Shown piece after piece: positions 1-9,811 of a stretch of 64,000 nt of DNA. The DNA is taken from assembly GCA_041736435.1 (NCBI GenBank), contig JBGSTS010000223.1, forward strand, positions 1,169-65,168. The letters are read 5' to 3'. This DNA is from Desulfobacterales bacterium (GTDB lineage: Bacteria > Desulfobacterota > Desulfobacteria > Desulfobacterales > SpSt-501). Below the pieces are notes generated by a model. It did no database searches, was not told where the DNA came from, and saw only the letters and a list, made by a program, of their open reading frames with translations. Position 1 is the first letter of the stretch; the number at the start of each line of letters is the position of its first letter. The position numbers were made by a program, and so were the translations under genes.

Positions 1-752
1 AAATCCGGGATTGCGATCAGGTCCATCTTGGAAAGCGGGTAGGCGATGCCGTAGTAGGCCTCGCTGAACTGCAGAGCCTTGCGGCCGAATTCCAGGCCGT
101 AGCCGGCGTAGGGCTGCTGGCCGGGCAGGGTCAGCACGCGCACCCGGTTGTCGAGATGGTCCTGCAGGGTTTCGAACGGGCCCACCCCAAAAAAGACGAG
201 ATAGGTGGACATCTTCGGGGTCGTCTCGAAGATCACCCGCTTACGGCCATTGTCGAGAAACTCCTGGGCGCGGATGTCGGTGTTCGACACGGCCGCCAGG
301 CGGCGGTCGACCTCGAGCTGGATGTCGAAGACGGCCTTCTGCGCGGGATGGTCCAGGCAGGGGAAGGCCCGGCGGGCGTCGCTCTCCTGGAACTGGGTGA
401 CGGCGATGGTCTGGGCGATTCCGTCCGCAACGGTGCGGCTGCGGTAGAAGCCCGCCATGCTGTCGTTGATGCGGCCCGTGAAGTCGACGCTCAGAAGCAG
501 GTCGCCGCACGCCGCGTGCGGCAGCAGGATGCGGAGCTTCTCGGCCCCGGGGTCGACCCGGAAGGGGCAGGGGAGCACGCGTTTCTGGTCCTGGACGGTG
601 CAGCCCCAGACGGCGAGATCGGCGGCGTCCAACTGGATCTCCGTCACCGGGGCAGATGATCGCAGGGTGATCTCGATGTGGCCGTCGAAGGTGAAGCGCT
701 CGAGGTCGGGTGTGAGCCGGATGTCGTAGTGAATGGCCGTCAGATCGGGCAT
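1..752 (-). CDS. M1-family zinc aminopeptidase (aminopeptidase N-like), N-terminal part; gene continues past the window edge
   Basis: Own reverse translation; the ORF is open at the window edge, so it is absent from the track. MPDLTAIHYDIRLTPDLERFTFDGHIEITL...MAGFYRSR...IAVTQFQESDARRAFPCLDHPAQKAVFDIQLEV...TPKMSTYLVFFGVGPFE is the N-terminal domain pattern of M1 peptidases. ATG at 750-752 with AGGAGG just upstream. Confidence 0.8.
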   Translation of the reverse strand, partial: MPDLTAIHYDIRLTPDLERFTFDGHIEITLRSSAPVTEIQLDAADLAVWGCTVQDQKRVLPCPFRVDPGAEKLRILLPHAACGDLLLSVDFTGRINDSMAGFYRSRTVADGIAQTIAVTQFQESDARRAFPCLDHPAQKAVFDIQLEVDRRLAAVSNTDIRAQEFLDNGRKRVIFETTPKMSTYLVFFGVGPFETLQDHLDNRVRVLTLPGQQPYAGYGLEFGRKALQFSEAYYGIAYPLSKMDLIAIPD

Positions 753-883
753 GACCCCTCCTAAGAATTGAAATACAAATCTAAAACCACTATAAGGAAA
801 TAAAATCCGGGATGTCAAACACCCTAATGCATTAAACTTTCCAGCAGCCCGCAGCGGTGTTCCGCTATAAGGAGGCAGAGGTT

Positions 884-1177
884 ATGAGCGTCATCGTGGA
901 TTTTTCGATGTATCCCCTCGACAAGGGCGAAAGCCTCAGCCTTTATGTGGCCCGCTCGATCGAGGTTATCCGGGACAGCGGCCTGCCCTATGAATTCCGC
1001 GCCATGGGGACGAGCATCGAGGGCGAGTGGGACGAGGTCATGGGGGTGGTCCAGCGCTGCTTCGAGGCGATGCGTCGGGACTGCGGCCGGGTGAGCCTCT
1101 CCCTGAAGGCCGATTATCGCAAAGGGCCGGGCGGGCGCATGCAGCGGAAGGTGGACTCGGTCAACGAAAAACTCTGA
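884..1177 (+). CDS. MTH1187/YkoF-family (UPF0045) small thiamine-binding-like protein
   Basis: ORF 857..1177. Start moved to ATG 884, with AAGGAGG 8 nt upstream. MSVIVDFSMYPLDKGESLSLYVARSIEVIRDSGLPYEFRAMGTSIEGEWDEVM fits this ~100-aa family. Confidence 0.7.
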   Translation: MSVIVDFSMYPLDKGESLSLYVARSIEVIRDSGLPYEFRAMGTSIEGEWDEVMGVVQRCFEAMRRDCGRVSLSLKADYRKGPGGRMQRKVDSVNEKL

Positions 1178-1204
1178 GGGCGTCGTATAAAGCCCAATCT
1201 CTCC

Positions 1205-3124
1205 ATGAAAAAAATTACCGCCTGCACCTACGACTGTCCGGACGCCTGCTCGCTCGTGGCAGAGACTGCTGCCGACGGCTCGGTCGCACTGCGCGGGAAC
1301 CCGGAAAGCCCGTTCACACGGGGTTTCATGTGTGCCAAGACCCGGGGCCAGTATCGCCGGCTGAAAAGCCCCAACCGCATCCGCACGCCGTTGCTCAAGA
1401 CGGCCGGCAGCTGGCAGGCCATCGGCTGGGATGCGGCCCTCGAGTTGTGCGCGCAGAAGATTCAGGCGCTGCGCGGGAAACCCACCGCGATGCTTCACAT
1501 CCACAGCGACGGCGCCAAAGGCGTGCTGAAGGAGGCCGTCAACCTGTTCTTCTCGAGCCTTGGATCGAGTCGGATCACGGGATCGCTGTGCGATGCCGCC
1601 GGTTACGTTGCCGGGGTGGAGGATTTCGGCTCGCGGGAGAACCACGACATCGACGACCTCGTGAACGCCGCCGCCATCGTGAACTGGGGCAAGGATTTTC
1701 CCCGCAGCTCCGTGCACACGGCGGCGATTGTCCGGCAGGCTCGCAAGCGCGGTGCGTCGGTGCTGACCCTGTCGCCGGGCGGCGACGGCAGCCAGGTGTT
1801 CTCCGACCGCCACATTCGCATCCGCCCCGGTTCGGACCGGTTCCTGGCGGCGGCCTTGATCCGCCGGCTGTTGGATGAGAAGCGGGTGGCCGCCGATGTG
1901 CTCGGCTGCACGCACCAGCCGCAGCGGTTTCAGCAGCTGATCCTGAAGCAGCCGGGGGGCAAACTGCTCGCCGCCTGCGACGTGACCCCGGCCGATTTCA
2001 AGGCGCTCTTTGATGTGTATGCCGAAACCCGGCCGGTGGCGACCTTCATCGGGGCGGGGCTCCAGCGCTACCGTTTCGGCGGTGAGACCGTGCGGTTTAT
2101 CAACGCGTTGGCACTGCTGTCCGGGAACATCGGGGTATCCGGCGGCGGCGCTTATTTCCATCTGCACTCCTTTCGCAACCTGAATCTCGGGTGGGTCCGG
2201 GGTCCGGGGCACAAGGGCCGCCGGGGCTTCCGCATCGCAAGCATCGGCAAAGACATTCTTGCCGCCCGGGAGCCGCCCGTGCGCCTTATCTGGGTGAACG
2301 GGATCAACGTGATCAACCAGGCGCCGAACACCCTGGAAACCTTACGGGCCTTCGAACAGGTGCCGTTCAAGGTGGTCGTGGATGCCTTCATGAACGACAC
2401 CGCCCGGCGCGCGGACTTGGTGTTGCCCTGCGCGCTCATGCTCGAGCAGGAGGATGTCATCGGCTCCTTCCTGCACGAATATGTGCAGGCGGTGAGCGCG
2501 GTCTGCCCACCGCCGGAAGGGGTGCGCAGCGACTACTGGATTGTGTCCGAACTGGGACGACGGCTGGACCCGCCGATTCTCATGCCGGAGGCGGACTCAT
2601 GCCTGCGGGCGGCGCTGAACTCCCCGCATCTTGATATCAGCCTCGAGGAGTTGCGTCAGCGGCGCTATGTGCGCTCGAAGCGGCCGCGGATCGCCTACGA
2701 GGGGCTGGTGTTCCACCACCCCGACGGCCGCTATCGGTTTCCGGCCGAATTGCACGAGACCCCCCCGCCGCCGGAAGGCTATCCCCTGCGGCTGCTCACC
2801 CTGATCCGCCGTTCCGCCATCCACTCTCAGATCCTGCCGGAGGATCAAATGGCGCCCCCCACGGCGTGGGTCTCCCCGGAGAGCCCGGCGCTGAACGGTT
2901 TGGATATCTCGCGGCCGGTGGTCCTGGTCTCGCCGCTGGGAAGGCTGCCGGTAACGCTCGCATTTGAACCCGGCCTGCATCCGGCGGCGGTCGTTTATCG
3001 CCGGGGGGATTGGATGAGCCAAGGCGGCGGGGCAAACCAATTGATCGCCTCCGGGGTGACGGACATCGGCGGTGGGGCGCCATTTTACGAGCAGTACGTG
3101 CGGCTGGAAAATCACGGCGGTTGA
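1205..3124 (+). CDS. molybdopterin (bis-MGD) oxidoreductase family protein, apparently cytoplasmic (no twin-arginine signal)
   Basis: 639-aa ORF. N-terminal Cys cluster ACTYDCPDAC...FMCAK is typical of the 4Fe-4S domain of Mo/W oxidoreductases. Family-like blocks run throughout (IHSDGAKG, NWGKDF, VVVDAFMNDTARRADLVLP). Confidence 0.8.
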   Translation: MKKITACTYDCPDACSLVAETAADGSVALRGNPESPFTRGFMCAKTRGQYRRLKSPNRIRTPLLKTAGSWQAIGWDAALELCAQKIQALRGKPTAMLHIHSDGAKGVLKEAVNLFFSSLGSSRITGSLCDAAGYVAGVEDFGSRENHDIDDLVNAAAIVNWGKDFPRSSVHTAAIVRQARKRGASVLTLSPGGDGSQVFSDRHIRIRPGSDRFLAAALIRRLLDEKRVAADVLGCTHQPQRFQQLILKQPGGKLLAACDVTPADFKALFDVYAETRPVATFIGAGLQRYRFGGETVRFINALALLSGNIGVSGGGAYFHLHSFRNLNLGWVRGPGHKGRRGFRIASIGKDILAAREPPVRLIWVNGINVINQAPNTLETLRAFEQVPFKVVVDAFMNDTARRADLVLPCALMLEQEDVIGSFLHEYVQAVSAVCPPPEGVRSDYWIVSELGRRLDPPILMPEADSCLRAALNSPHLDISLEELRQRRYVRSKRPRIAYEGLVFHHPDGRYRFPAELHETPPPPEGYPLRLLTLIRRSAIHSQILPEDQMAPPTAWVSPESPALNGLDISRPVVLVSPLGRLPVTLAFEPGLHPAAVVYRRGDWMSQGGGANQLIASGVTDIGGGAPFYEQYVRLENHGG

Positions 3125-3156
3125 GGCCGCTGCGATTTTCCAATTCTGGGATATAA

Positions 3157-3852
3157 ATGGATCGGCCCTTGGGTGGCTGCCTTGACATCCACGATATGAC
3201 GCCTTCTTTCTGCAAAGAAAAAATTCAGACGCTTTGCCGGAAATGGGCGGCAGGCGCCGCGGCCATCAGCGAGCGTTCAGGCCGGATCGGCTTCTTTCGG
3301 GACGAACTGCCGGCGCTGCTCTCCGAGCGCGCGCTTTTCGAGGGGCTTTTCAGGGGAATCCAGAAAGGTGAGCCCTATCCCGATCTGCGGCAGGAAACCA
3401 TATTTGCCAACGAGCTGGTCCTCTACCGCGACCCCGGGCGCCTGTTTTCACTGCGGCTTTACATCTTCGGCCCGGGCGAGCACACGGCCTTGCACGACCA
3501 CACGTCCTGGGGTGTCTCCGGCTCGGTGTCCGGCCTGCTCGAGGTGGTCCACTACCTGCGGCAGGATGACGGCGCCGACCCCGAGCGGGCGCAGCTCGCC
3601 GTGGCCGAAAGGCGCGTGCTTCAGCCGGGGGAGACCGAAGTGACCCTGCCGCTCGACGAGGGCATTCACCGCACGGGCAGCCCGGATGACGGGATGACGT
3701 TAATGGTCAGCGTTTACGGCAGCCCTCTGCGGCGGATTTTCATTCAGCGGTTCAATCTCGAAACCGGCCGCGTGCAGCGAGTTTTCCCCCCGCGGGTCCA
3801 GAAGAAAATGCTCGCGGAGCAGGCGCTGAAGTCGATAAAACTTGGAACCTGA
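3157..3852 (+). CDS. cupin-fold protein, cysteine dioxygenase type I / 3-mercaptopropionate dioxygenase-like
   Basis: LVLYRDPGRLFSLRLYIFGPGEHTALHDHTSWGVSGSVSGLLEVVHY resembles bacterial CDO-like cupins (H-x-H metal site). The start could instead be the internal ATG near 3196. Confidence 0.5.
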   Translation: MDRPLGGCLDIHDMTPSFCKEKIQTLCRKWAAGAAAISERSGRIGFFRDELPALLSERALFEGLFRGIQKGEPYPDLRQETIFANELVLYRDPGRLFSLRLYIFGPGEHTALHDHTSWGVSGSVSGLLEVVHYLRQDDGADPERAQLAVAERRVLQPGETEVTLPLDEGIHRTGSPDDGMTLMVSVYGSPLRRIFIQRFNLETGRVQRVFPPRVQKKMLAEQALKSIKLGT

Positions 3853-3903
3853 ACGGATGGGTCCTGAGCTCACGGCGACACCGCAGAGACAAGGAGAGAG
3901 GGT

Positions 3904-4827
3904 ATGACGGAAAAAAAGAGATACGACGTCGTCATCCTGGGAACCGGCCCGGCCGGACTGCAGGCGGCGATCCACGCGGCGCGCAAGAAGGTGTCCGTTC
4001 TGGTGTTGGGCAAGGAGCGCAAGAGCAGCATCTACCACCATCACGTCGAAAACTACTGCTGCATCCTGCAGACCACGGGCGAGGACATCATCAAGGCCGG
4101 CCGGCACCAGGCTGCATCCTTCGGCGCCGAGCTCGCGGACGAGGACGTGCTGTCCATCGCCGACATCGAGCCCGGCTTCCGGATCAAGCTCGAAGGCGGC
4201 CGCGAGATCAGCGCCGCCGCCGTGGTCATCGCCACCGGCACGGCCCGCAACCGGTTGGGGGTGCCCGGCGAGAAGGAGCTCCTCGGCCGAGGGGTCAGCT
4301 ACTGCGTGGAGTGCGACTGCAACTTCTACAAGGGGAACGATGTTGCCGTGGTGGGCGACGGGAGCGCCGCCGTCAGCGGCGCCCTGACCCTGCTGGACTA
4401 CGCCCGCACGGTGCATCTCGTCTGCGGGCAACTCGAGGTCAGCCCGGCTCTGGCGGCCGAGGTGCGCCGGAGCCGCATCGCGCTGCACGAGAACAACCGG
4501 GCGACGGAAATCAGCGGCCGGGGCGGCGTGGAGGCGGTTTTGCTCGAAGACGGGTCACGCCTTGCGGTCCAGGGGGTGTTCGTCGAACTGGGGGCCAAGG
4601 GCGTCATGGGGCTGGCCGGCCTGCTCGGAGTGCGGATGGACGACGAGATGAAATATATCCAGACGAACAAAAAAATGGAAACCAACGTGCCGGGGATCTA
4701 CGCGGCCGGCGATATCACCGGCCCGCCCTGGCAGGTGGCCAAGGCCGTGGGGGAGGGCTGTGTGGCCGGTTTGGAGGCGGCCGGCTTTTCAAAAAAGCTG
4801 ATCAAAGGGCCGGGATCACCTCGGTGA
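3904..4827 (+). CDS. FAD-dependent pyridine nucleotide-disulfide oxidoreductase, thioredoxin reductase-like
   Basis: YDVVILGTGPAGLQAAIHAARKK (FAD GxGxxG), redox CxxC in GVSYCVECDCNFYKG, second dinucleotide site VAVVGDGSAAV, and C-terminal GIYAAGDITG. Confidence 0.8.
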   Translation: MTEKKRYDVVILGTGPAGLQAAIHAARKKVSVLVLGKERKSSIYHHHVENYCCILQTTGEDIIKAGRHQAASFGAELADEDVLSIADIEPGFRIKLEGGREISAAAVVIATGTARNRLGVPGEKELLGRGVSYCVECDCNFYKGNDVAVVGDGSAAVSGALTLLDYARTVHLVCGQLEVSPALAAEVRRSRIALHENNRATEISGRGGVEAVLLEDGSRLAVQGVFVELGAKGVMGLAGLLGVRMDDEMKYIQTNKKMETNVPGIYAAGDITGPPWQVAKAVGEGCVAGLEAAGFSKKLIKGPGSPR

Positions 4828-4936
4828 TCTGCCGGTCAGTTCAAGAAAAACCCGATGCCCTTTAAAGCGATTTGCTCCGGTTCCGGCGTCTTTTGAAATC
4901 GTGAGAGGATCTTGCGAAACTTCAAGAGCCGGTGCT

Positions 4937-7738
4937 CTACCCCTTTGCCATCCGCGAGTGCAGGGCGTCGAGCGCTTTTCGGGCGGCCGGCGCGTGCGGG
5001 GTCTTGCCGTCGGCGAACCGGGTCAGAAACGTTTCGGCGCGCTGCGAGCCGGCAGTGCCCAGTGCACCGATGACCGCTCCCAGCACCGCAGAGCCGTCGG
5101 GTTCCTCGGAGCGGCGCAGCCGCCCCAGAACGGTTTTTTTCCGCCCCGCCGCTTTTTCAGCAACCTCCAGCAGCACCGCCTCGACCTGCTCCGGTTGCCC
5201 CAGGCGGGGCATGCCGCTGACGGTTTGGATGAGCTGGACCACCTTGCGGTAATGCCGTTCGGCGAGGCTCTTGTCCGCGGGGGGCTCGGTGCGCATGCGG
5301 GTCAGGAGCCGGCCCATGGTTTCGGGCGGCAGTGGGGAGAGCTCCGCCAGGGCGTTGGCGGCCCGCCAGCGGACCTTCTCGTCCGGGTCGTCCAGCGCCT
5401 TCACGCTCAGGACTCCGGCTTCGGGCGCCTTGAGCGCAAGAAGGGTCTCCAGTGCCTCGCTGCGGACCCTGGCGTGGATGTGGTTCATCAGCGGGCGCAC
5501 GATCTCGATGTCCGCGGCATCCTCTGCCACAGTGCGCAGCAGCATCAGCGCATTGCGCTTCAAAAACCATTTCTGGGTCGGGTCCTCCAGTACCGAGACA
5601 ACCCACTCGCGGGCCAGTGGTCCGGTGCGTTCCAGAGCACTCATCGCCGCTTTGCGGGCGTCGCGGCGTTGGCTGTCGGACAACACCCGGCAGAGAGCCT
5701 CGATTCCCAAGGGGCCCAAAAGGCCCAGCGTTTCTTCTAAAACCTGGCGCTGTTTCTCGTCGGCGCGTTCGAAGGCGATCAGAAACTCCTTGCTCCGCCC
5801 CTCGAAGAGAGACCGCAGGGGGTCGCAGCCCGGATCCGGTGCCGCGCCGGAAAGCGTGCCGTCCTCCGCGCCCTTTTTTGCGGCGCGCGCAACCCACAGG
5901 ACCGCCTGGAGGTTACCCTGGTCGAGGAACACCGGGATCACCCGGCGAAAGCATTTAAGCAGGACCGCGGCATCGCCGGGGAATGAGGGCCTTAGCAGCC
6001 GCTGGGCATAATTGCGGATGTGGGTGGCCACGTCCGCGGCCATCCGCTGCGTGTTCACGAAGTACTGGACGTCGGGCGGCAACTCGTCGAAGGCCAGTAC
6101 GCCCTGGGTATAAAGCGCTTCGAGAAAGCCCTGGGCCCCGCGGAGGTCCGCGAGCACCACGCGGCGGGAGACCCATTTCAGGATTCGTTTTACGCCCGCA
6201 AAGCGCCGCTTCACAAACGGGTTTTCTGGGTCCCCGGCACTGATTTCCCTGAGCCGGTTGAGCTCGGCGAAAATAAACTGGGAGGTCGGCAGCAGGGCGT
6301 CCAGCGGGAAGGCGTCGATGATGACGTTTTCGATCTCCTCCTCCCGGATGGTCTTGACGTGCTGGGCGATGACGTAGCAGTTGACGATGAGATCTTTCAG
6401 AAACTCGGGGTGCCTGAGGGGCCGCAGGATGTCCTGGATGATCTGCATTTTCAGGTGTTTGATGCCCTCGTCCGATTCTTCCTGGAACATGGGCAGAACC
6501 CTGAGGTCCTTGGCCAGGCGCTGAATCGCCATTTCGACCCGCCACGGCAGGTTTTTCTCGAGGACGATGATGTCGTCCATGAACACGCAGGAGATTTCGG
6601 TGATCCCGCGGTCCAGCAGGATGCGCGTCAGCATGGCACCCACCTTGGCATTCTGGCCCCGGTCGGCGGTCGGGTCGCTCATCACGTCGATGAACCCGTT
6701 AAAATGGTCCGTTGTGATGGATCGCTTGATGGAGACGCTGACGAGCGCTTTGCGGCTGAGGCACTCGCTTAATTTCGGCACGAAAAGCTCCGCCATGCCG
6801 GCCCCCACGACCGTGCGCACATTGACAGGCTCATCGAGGATGCCGGTGATCAATATGTCGCTTTTTTCGCGGGTCTGCTGGTGGGTAATAACGATTTCGG
6901 GCGATTCGCCCAGACTCCGCTGCAAGGCATCGAAGAGGCCCTGCTTGGCATTGTGGGCGCCGGGGTGGTCGGCGGCATAGTAGCCGGAGCGCATCATTGC
7001 CTTGGTCAGGTCCATTACGAAATCGCCGACCGGTTTGATGCGTTCCCGCTCGTCGGGGGTAAGATCCTTTTTAACCCGGGCGGGAGGTTCCGGGGGCTCT
7101 GCTTGCAGCGCATCGCGTGTGGCTTCGGCCTGGTCGACGGCCGCGCGGATCCAGTCCATGGAGAGGGCGGGCTCATCTTGCGTCGGGCTGCCCGCCGGCG
7201 CTGCGGGGCCCGATGGCCCGGCGTGTGAAATGCCGGCCTCATGGCGCTTCGGTTCAGGGCGAGCGGCTGCCGTACGAGCCGGCGGTTGGTCCAGCAGGAC
7301 CTCCAGTGCTGGAACGGACCTCATCTGCCGCTCAAGGTCCTCGATGGCCGCCTGAAGATCTCCCCTGACGCCCAGCAGCATCCCGCATGGCTTTTTCTTT
7401 TCCGCCGCCGCCTTGCGATCAACGGATTCGAGCACTTTCATTTCGAGCAAGAGCGGGTGGGAGGTGTCCGGGAGAACGAGCGCTAAGCGCAGTAAAACCT
7501 CGGCCGGCAGCGGCATCTCCGTCGCGATGAACAACCGCCCCGACTGCAGCTGGCGGTAATGCCCCACAAACTGGTCTATGGACCGGTAGCGCAATTTCAG
7601 TGCGGTCGGCTCAACCACGGCTTCACCGGAGAAGGTCAGATCGTGCGTGCGTTCCTGTTCAAGTATATCCCGAACCGACGGGATTGTCCAAAATTTTGGA
7701 TTGGTTAAACCTGTCGCGCCAACGTCATCAACGGTCAA
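4937..7738 (-). CDS. 933-aa multidomain protein: N-terminal PilZ-like (Myxococcus TIGR02266-type) domain, unknown central region, C-terminal HEAT-like repeats
   Basis: N-terminus LKLRYRSIDQFVGHYRQLQSGRLFIATEMPLPAEVLLRLALVLPD resembles the non-canonical PilZ-type domain. C-terminus has repeated ...DP..KVR..A..AL.. units (DDPDEKVRWRAANALAEL, HIHARVRSEALETLLAL). Confidence 0.55.
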   Translation of the reverse strand: MTVDDVGATGLTNPKFWTIPSVRDILEQERTHDLTFSGEAVVEPTALKLRYRSIDQFVGHYRQLQSGRLFIATEMPLPAEVLLRLALVLPDTSHPLLLEMKVLESVDRKAAAEKKKPCGMLLGVRGDLQAAIEDLERQMRSVPALEVLLDQPPARTAAARPEPKRHEAGISHAGPSGPAAPAGSPTQDEPALSMDWIRAAVDQAEATRDALQAEPPEPPARVKKDLTPDERERIKPVGDFVMDLTKAMMRSGYYAADHPGAHNAKQGLFDALQRSLGESPEIVITHQQTREKSDILITGILDEPVNVRTVVGAGMAELFVPKLSECLSRKALVSVSIKRSITTDHFNGFIDVMSDPTADRGQNAKVGAMLTRILLDRGITEISCVFMDDIIVLEKNLPWRVEMAIQRLAKDLRVLPMFQEESDEGIKHLKMQIIQDILRPLRHPEFLKDLIVNCYVIAQHVKTIREEEIENVIIDAFPLDALLPTSQFIFAELNRLREISAGDPENPFVKRRFAGVKRILKWVSRRVVLADLRGAQGFLEALYTQGVLAFDELPPDVQYFVNTQRMAADVATHIRNYAQRLLRPSFPGDAAVLLKCFRRVIPVFLDQGNLQAVLWVARAAKKGAEDGTLSGAAPDPGCDPLRSLFEGRSKEFLIAFERADEKQRQVLEETLGLLGPLGIEALCRVLSDSQRRDARKAAMSALERTGPLAREWVVSVLEDPTQKWFLKRNALMLLRTVAEDAADIEIVRPLMNHIHARVRSEALETLLALKAPEAGVLSVKALDDPDEKVRWRAANALAELSPLPPETMGRLLTRMRTEPPADKSLAERHYRKVVQLIQTVSGMPRLGQPEQVEAVLLEVAEKAAGRKKTVLGRLRRSEEPDGSAVLGAVIGALGTAGSQRAETFLTRFADGKTPHAPAARKALDALHSRMAKG

Positions 7739-7912
7739 AATAATGACAGCGCTTGAGACAGTGCCTGCCGGTTTTAACTAAATCCAATGTTAATCCAGTT
7801 GGTTATTCATATGTCTTTTTGGGGAGCGGTGGCATGATTTATGCTCTAATCCGATTCGGATGAATAGGCGGCCGATTCAAAGCGTCCGATCGGTCACCCC
7901 TTCGGCGTTGGT

Positions 7913-9550
7913 ATGAGGAGCCTGCGAGAGAGCATCATGGCGATAGACGCCCGGCACGACCCAACTGATCCGGTTTCAAACCGCTCTCTTAGCGCGGGCC
8001 CCGAGGCCGGCCGGGAGGCGTTCAGCGACAGCGATCGAACCGCGCACGTGCTTTTGAACGCCGCACCCACCGCCGCCTTCCTGATCGACGTCGCGGGCAG
8101 CATCCTGGCCGTCAACCACCTGGCAGCAAAACGCCTCGATGTCCCGGCCGAAAAAATGATAGGCCGTCCGATAGCCGAATTTACCCCGCCCGATGTGGTT
8201 GAATCCAGAACGCAAAAGGCACGCGAGGTCATCCACGAGGGCAGGCCGGTTTTTTTCGAGGACACCAGCGAAGGCCGCACCTTCTTCAGTTCGGTGCATC
8301 CCATCCACGATAAGCACGGCCGGGTCGTCAAACTGGCGATCCACAGCAAGGACATCACTGAAGAGAAGCGCTCCGAGGAAGAGCGGCGCAAGCTCACCAT
8401 CCAGCTCCAGCAGGCCCAGAAGATGGAAGCGATCGGCACGCTTGCCGGCGGCATCGCGCATGATTTCAACAACCTGCTGATGGCCATCCAGGGCAATGTC
8501 TCCCTTATGCTTTTCGACACCCCTGTTTCCCAGGCCCATCACCGGGCGCTCATCAACATCGAAAAGCTGGTGCGCAGCGGGGCGGACCTCACGTCGAAGC
8601 TTTTGGGATACGCCCGCAAGGGGAAATACGAATCACGGTCGATCCTGCTCAACGATCTGGTTGCCGAGACGGCTGAAACCTTCGGCCGCATGCGCAAGGA
8701 GATCCGTATCGAGCGCGCGTTCGCCCCGGACCTGAAGGGCATCATCGCCGACCGCGGCCAGCTTGAGCAGGTGCTGCTCAACATGTTCGTCAACGCGGCC
8801 GACGCCATGTCCGCGGGCGGCAGGCTTCTGCTGCAAACCGACAACGTGACCCACCGCGAGATCCCCTCCAAGGGATACACCGTGCGCCCCGGGGAGTATG
8901 TCCGCCTGCGCGTCGTCGACTCCGGAGTGGGAATCGACCCGGCGATCATCGATCGCATCTTCGACCCTTTTTTCACCACCAAAAAGATGGGGCGCGGTAC
9001 CGGGTTGGGGCTCGCATCGGCCTATGGGATCGTCAAGGGCCACAACGGTTACATCGACGTGGAATCGGGGCCGGGCGCCGGGACCACCTTTTTTGTCTAT
9101 TTCCCAGCCACCGAGATGAAGCCCTGCCCCTCGGCCGATCCCCCATGCCAGCCGCTGGACGGCACCGGCACGGTGCTGTTGGTGGATGACGAGGAGGCCG
9201 TGCTCGAGGTGACGGCTGAACTGATCCGCCGGCTCGGCTACACCGTTTTCTGCGCCCGCAGCGGCCGGGAAGCCCTGGAGATTTTCGGCCGCGAGGGGGA
9301 TCGGATCAACGTCGTAATTTTGGACATGATCATGCCGGGAATGGGCGGCGGGGAGGTTTTCGATCAGCTCAAGCGAACCCATCCCCGCCTGAAGGTGCTC
9401 CTGGCCTCCGGCTACAGCATGCAGGGCCAGGCCCGGGAGATCATGGACCGCGGCTGCGACGGGTTTCTGCAAAAACCGTTCACCGTGGACGATCTTTCGG
9501 TTCGCCTGCGCTCGATCATGTCTGCCGATACCTCCCCACCGGGCGCGTAG
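7913..9550 (+). CDS. hybrid sensor histidine kinase (PAS - HisKA - HATPase_c - REC)
   Basis: PAS-like N-terminus, H-box GGIAHDFNNLLMAIQGN, N/G boxes (LLNMFVNAADAM, DSGVGI, GTGLGLA), and C-terminal receiver VLLVDDEEAVL...VILDMIMPGMGG. An alternative start is ATG 7937. Confidence 0.85.
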   Translation: MRSLRESIMAIDARHDPTDPVSNRSLSAGPEAGREAFSDSDRTAHVLLNAAPTAAFLIDVAGSILAVNHLAAKRLDVPAEKMIGRPIAEFTPPDVVESRTQKAREVIHEGRPVFFEDTSEGRTFFSSVHPIHDKHGRVVKLAIHSKDITEEKRSEEERRKLTIQLQQAQKMEAIGTLAGGIAHDFNNLLMAIQGNVSLMLFDTPVSQAHHRALINIEKLVRSGADLTSKLLGYARKGKYESRSILLNDLVAETAETFGRMRKEIRIERAFAPDLKGIIADRGQLEQVLLNMFVNAADAMSAGGRLLLQTDNVTHREIPSKGYTVRPGEYVRLRVVDSGVGIDPAIIDRIFDPFFTTKKMGRGTGLGLASAYGIVKGHNGYIDVESGPGAGTTFFVYFPATEMKPCPSADPPCQPLDGTGTVLLVDDEEAVLEVTAELIRRLGYTVFCARSGREALEIFGREGDRINVVILDMIMPGMGGGEVFDQLKRTHPRLKVLLASGYSMQGQAREIMDRGCDGFLQKPFTVDDLSVRLRSIMSADTSPPGA

Positions 9551-9811
9551 GCCGCATTTTATCTCCTGCACGGCCATCGCCGAGCAATCGCCGCTGTCGT
9601 CACGGGCCGGTCGACGGCCCGGCCTCTCTGGACTTTTGCGCCGGTTTTTGGTACGGGCCGTTCAGGGTGACTCCTGCCCATTTTGTTCCATCGCCTTCCC
9701 GCGGGTACCTGCTGTGAACGCCGATTTGTGGGGCCCATCTTGCCTCAAATGATCTCGGAATCACCCCGCGCCATGCGGCGCTGGCGGCCCTGAAAGGATG
9801 CTGACACCCTT

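Noticed and set aside
753-883. Possible TPP or Moco riboswitch upstream of the YkoF-like / Mo-oxidoreductase genes
   Set aside because: The region is only about 130 nt, AT-rich, and lacks the conserved TPP (CUGAGA...) or Moco motif cores. It is more likely a divergent promoter region.
824-2212. 462-aa ORF on the minus strand covering the YkoF-like gene and the 5' third of the Mo-oxidoreductase
   Set aside because: This is a typical high-G+C shadow ORF. Its composition is Arg/Ala/Gly/Pro-rich with no motifs. It lies antisense to two genes that have clear family signatures and Shine-Dalgarno sequences.
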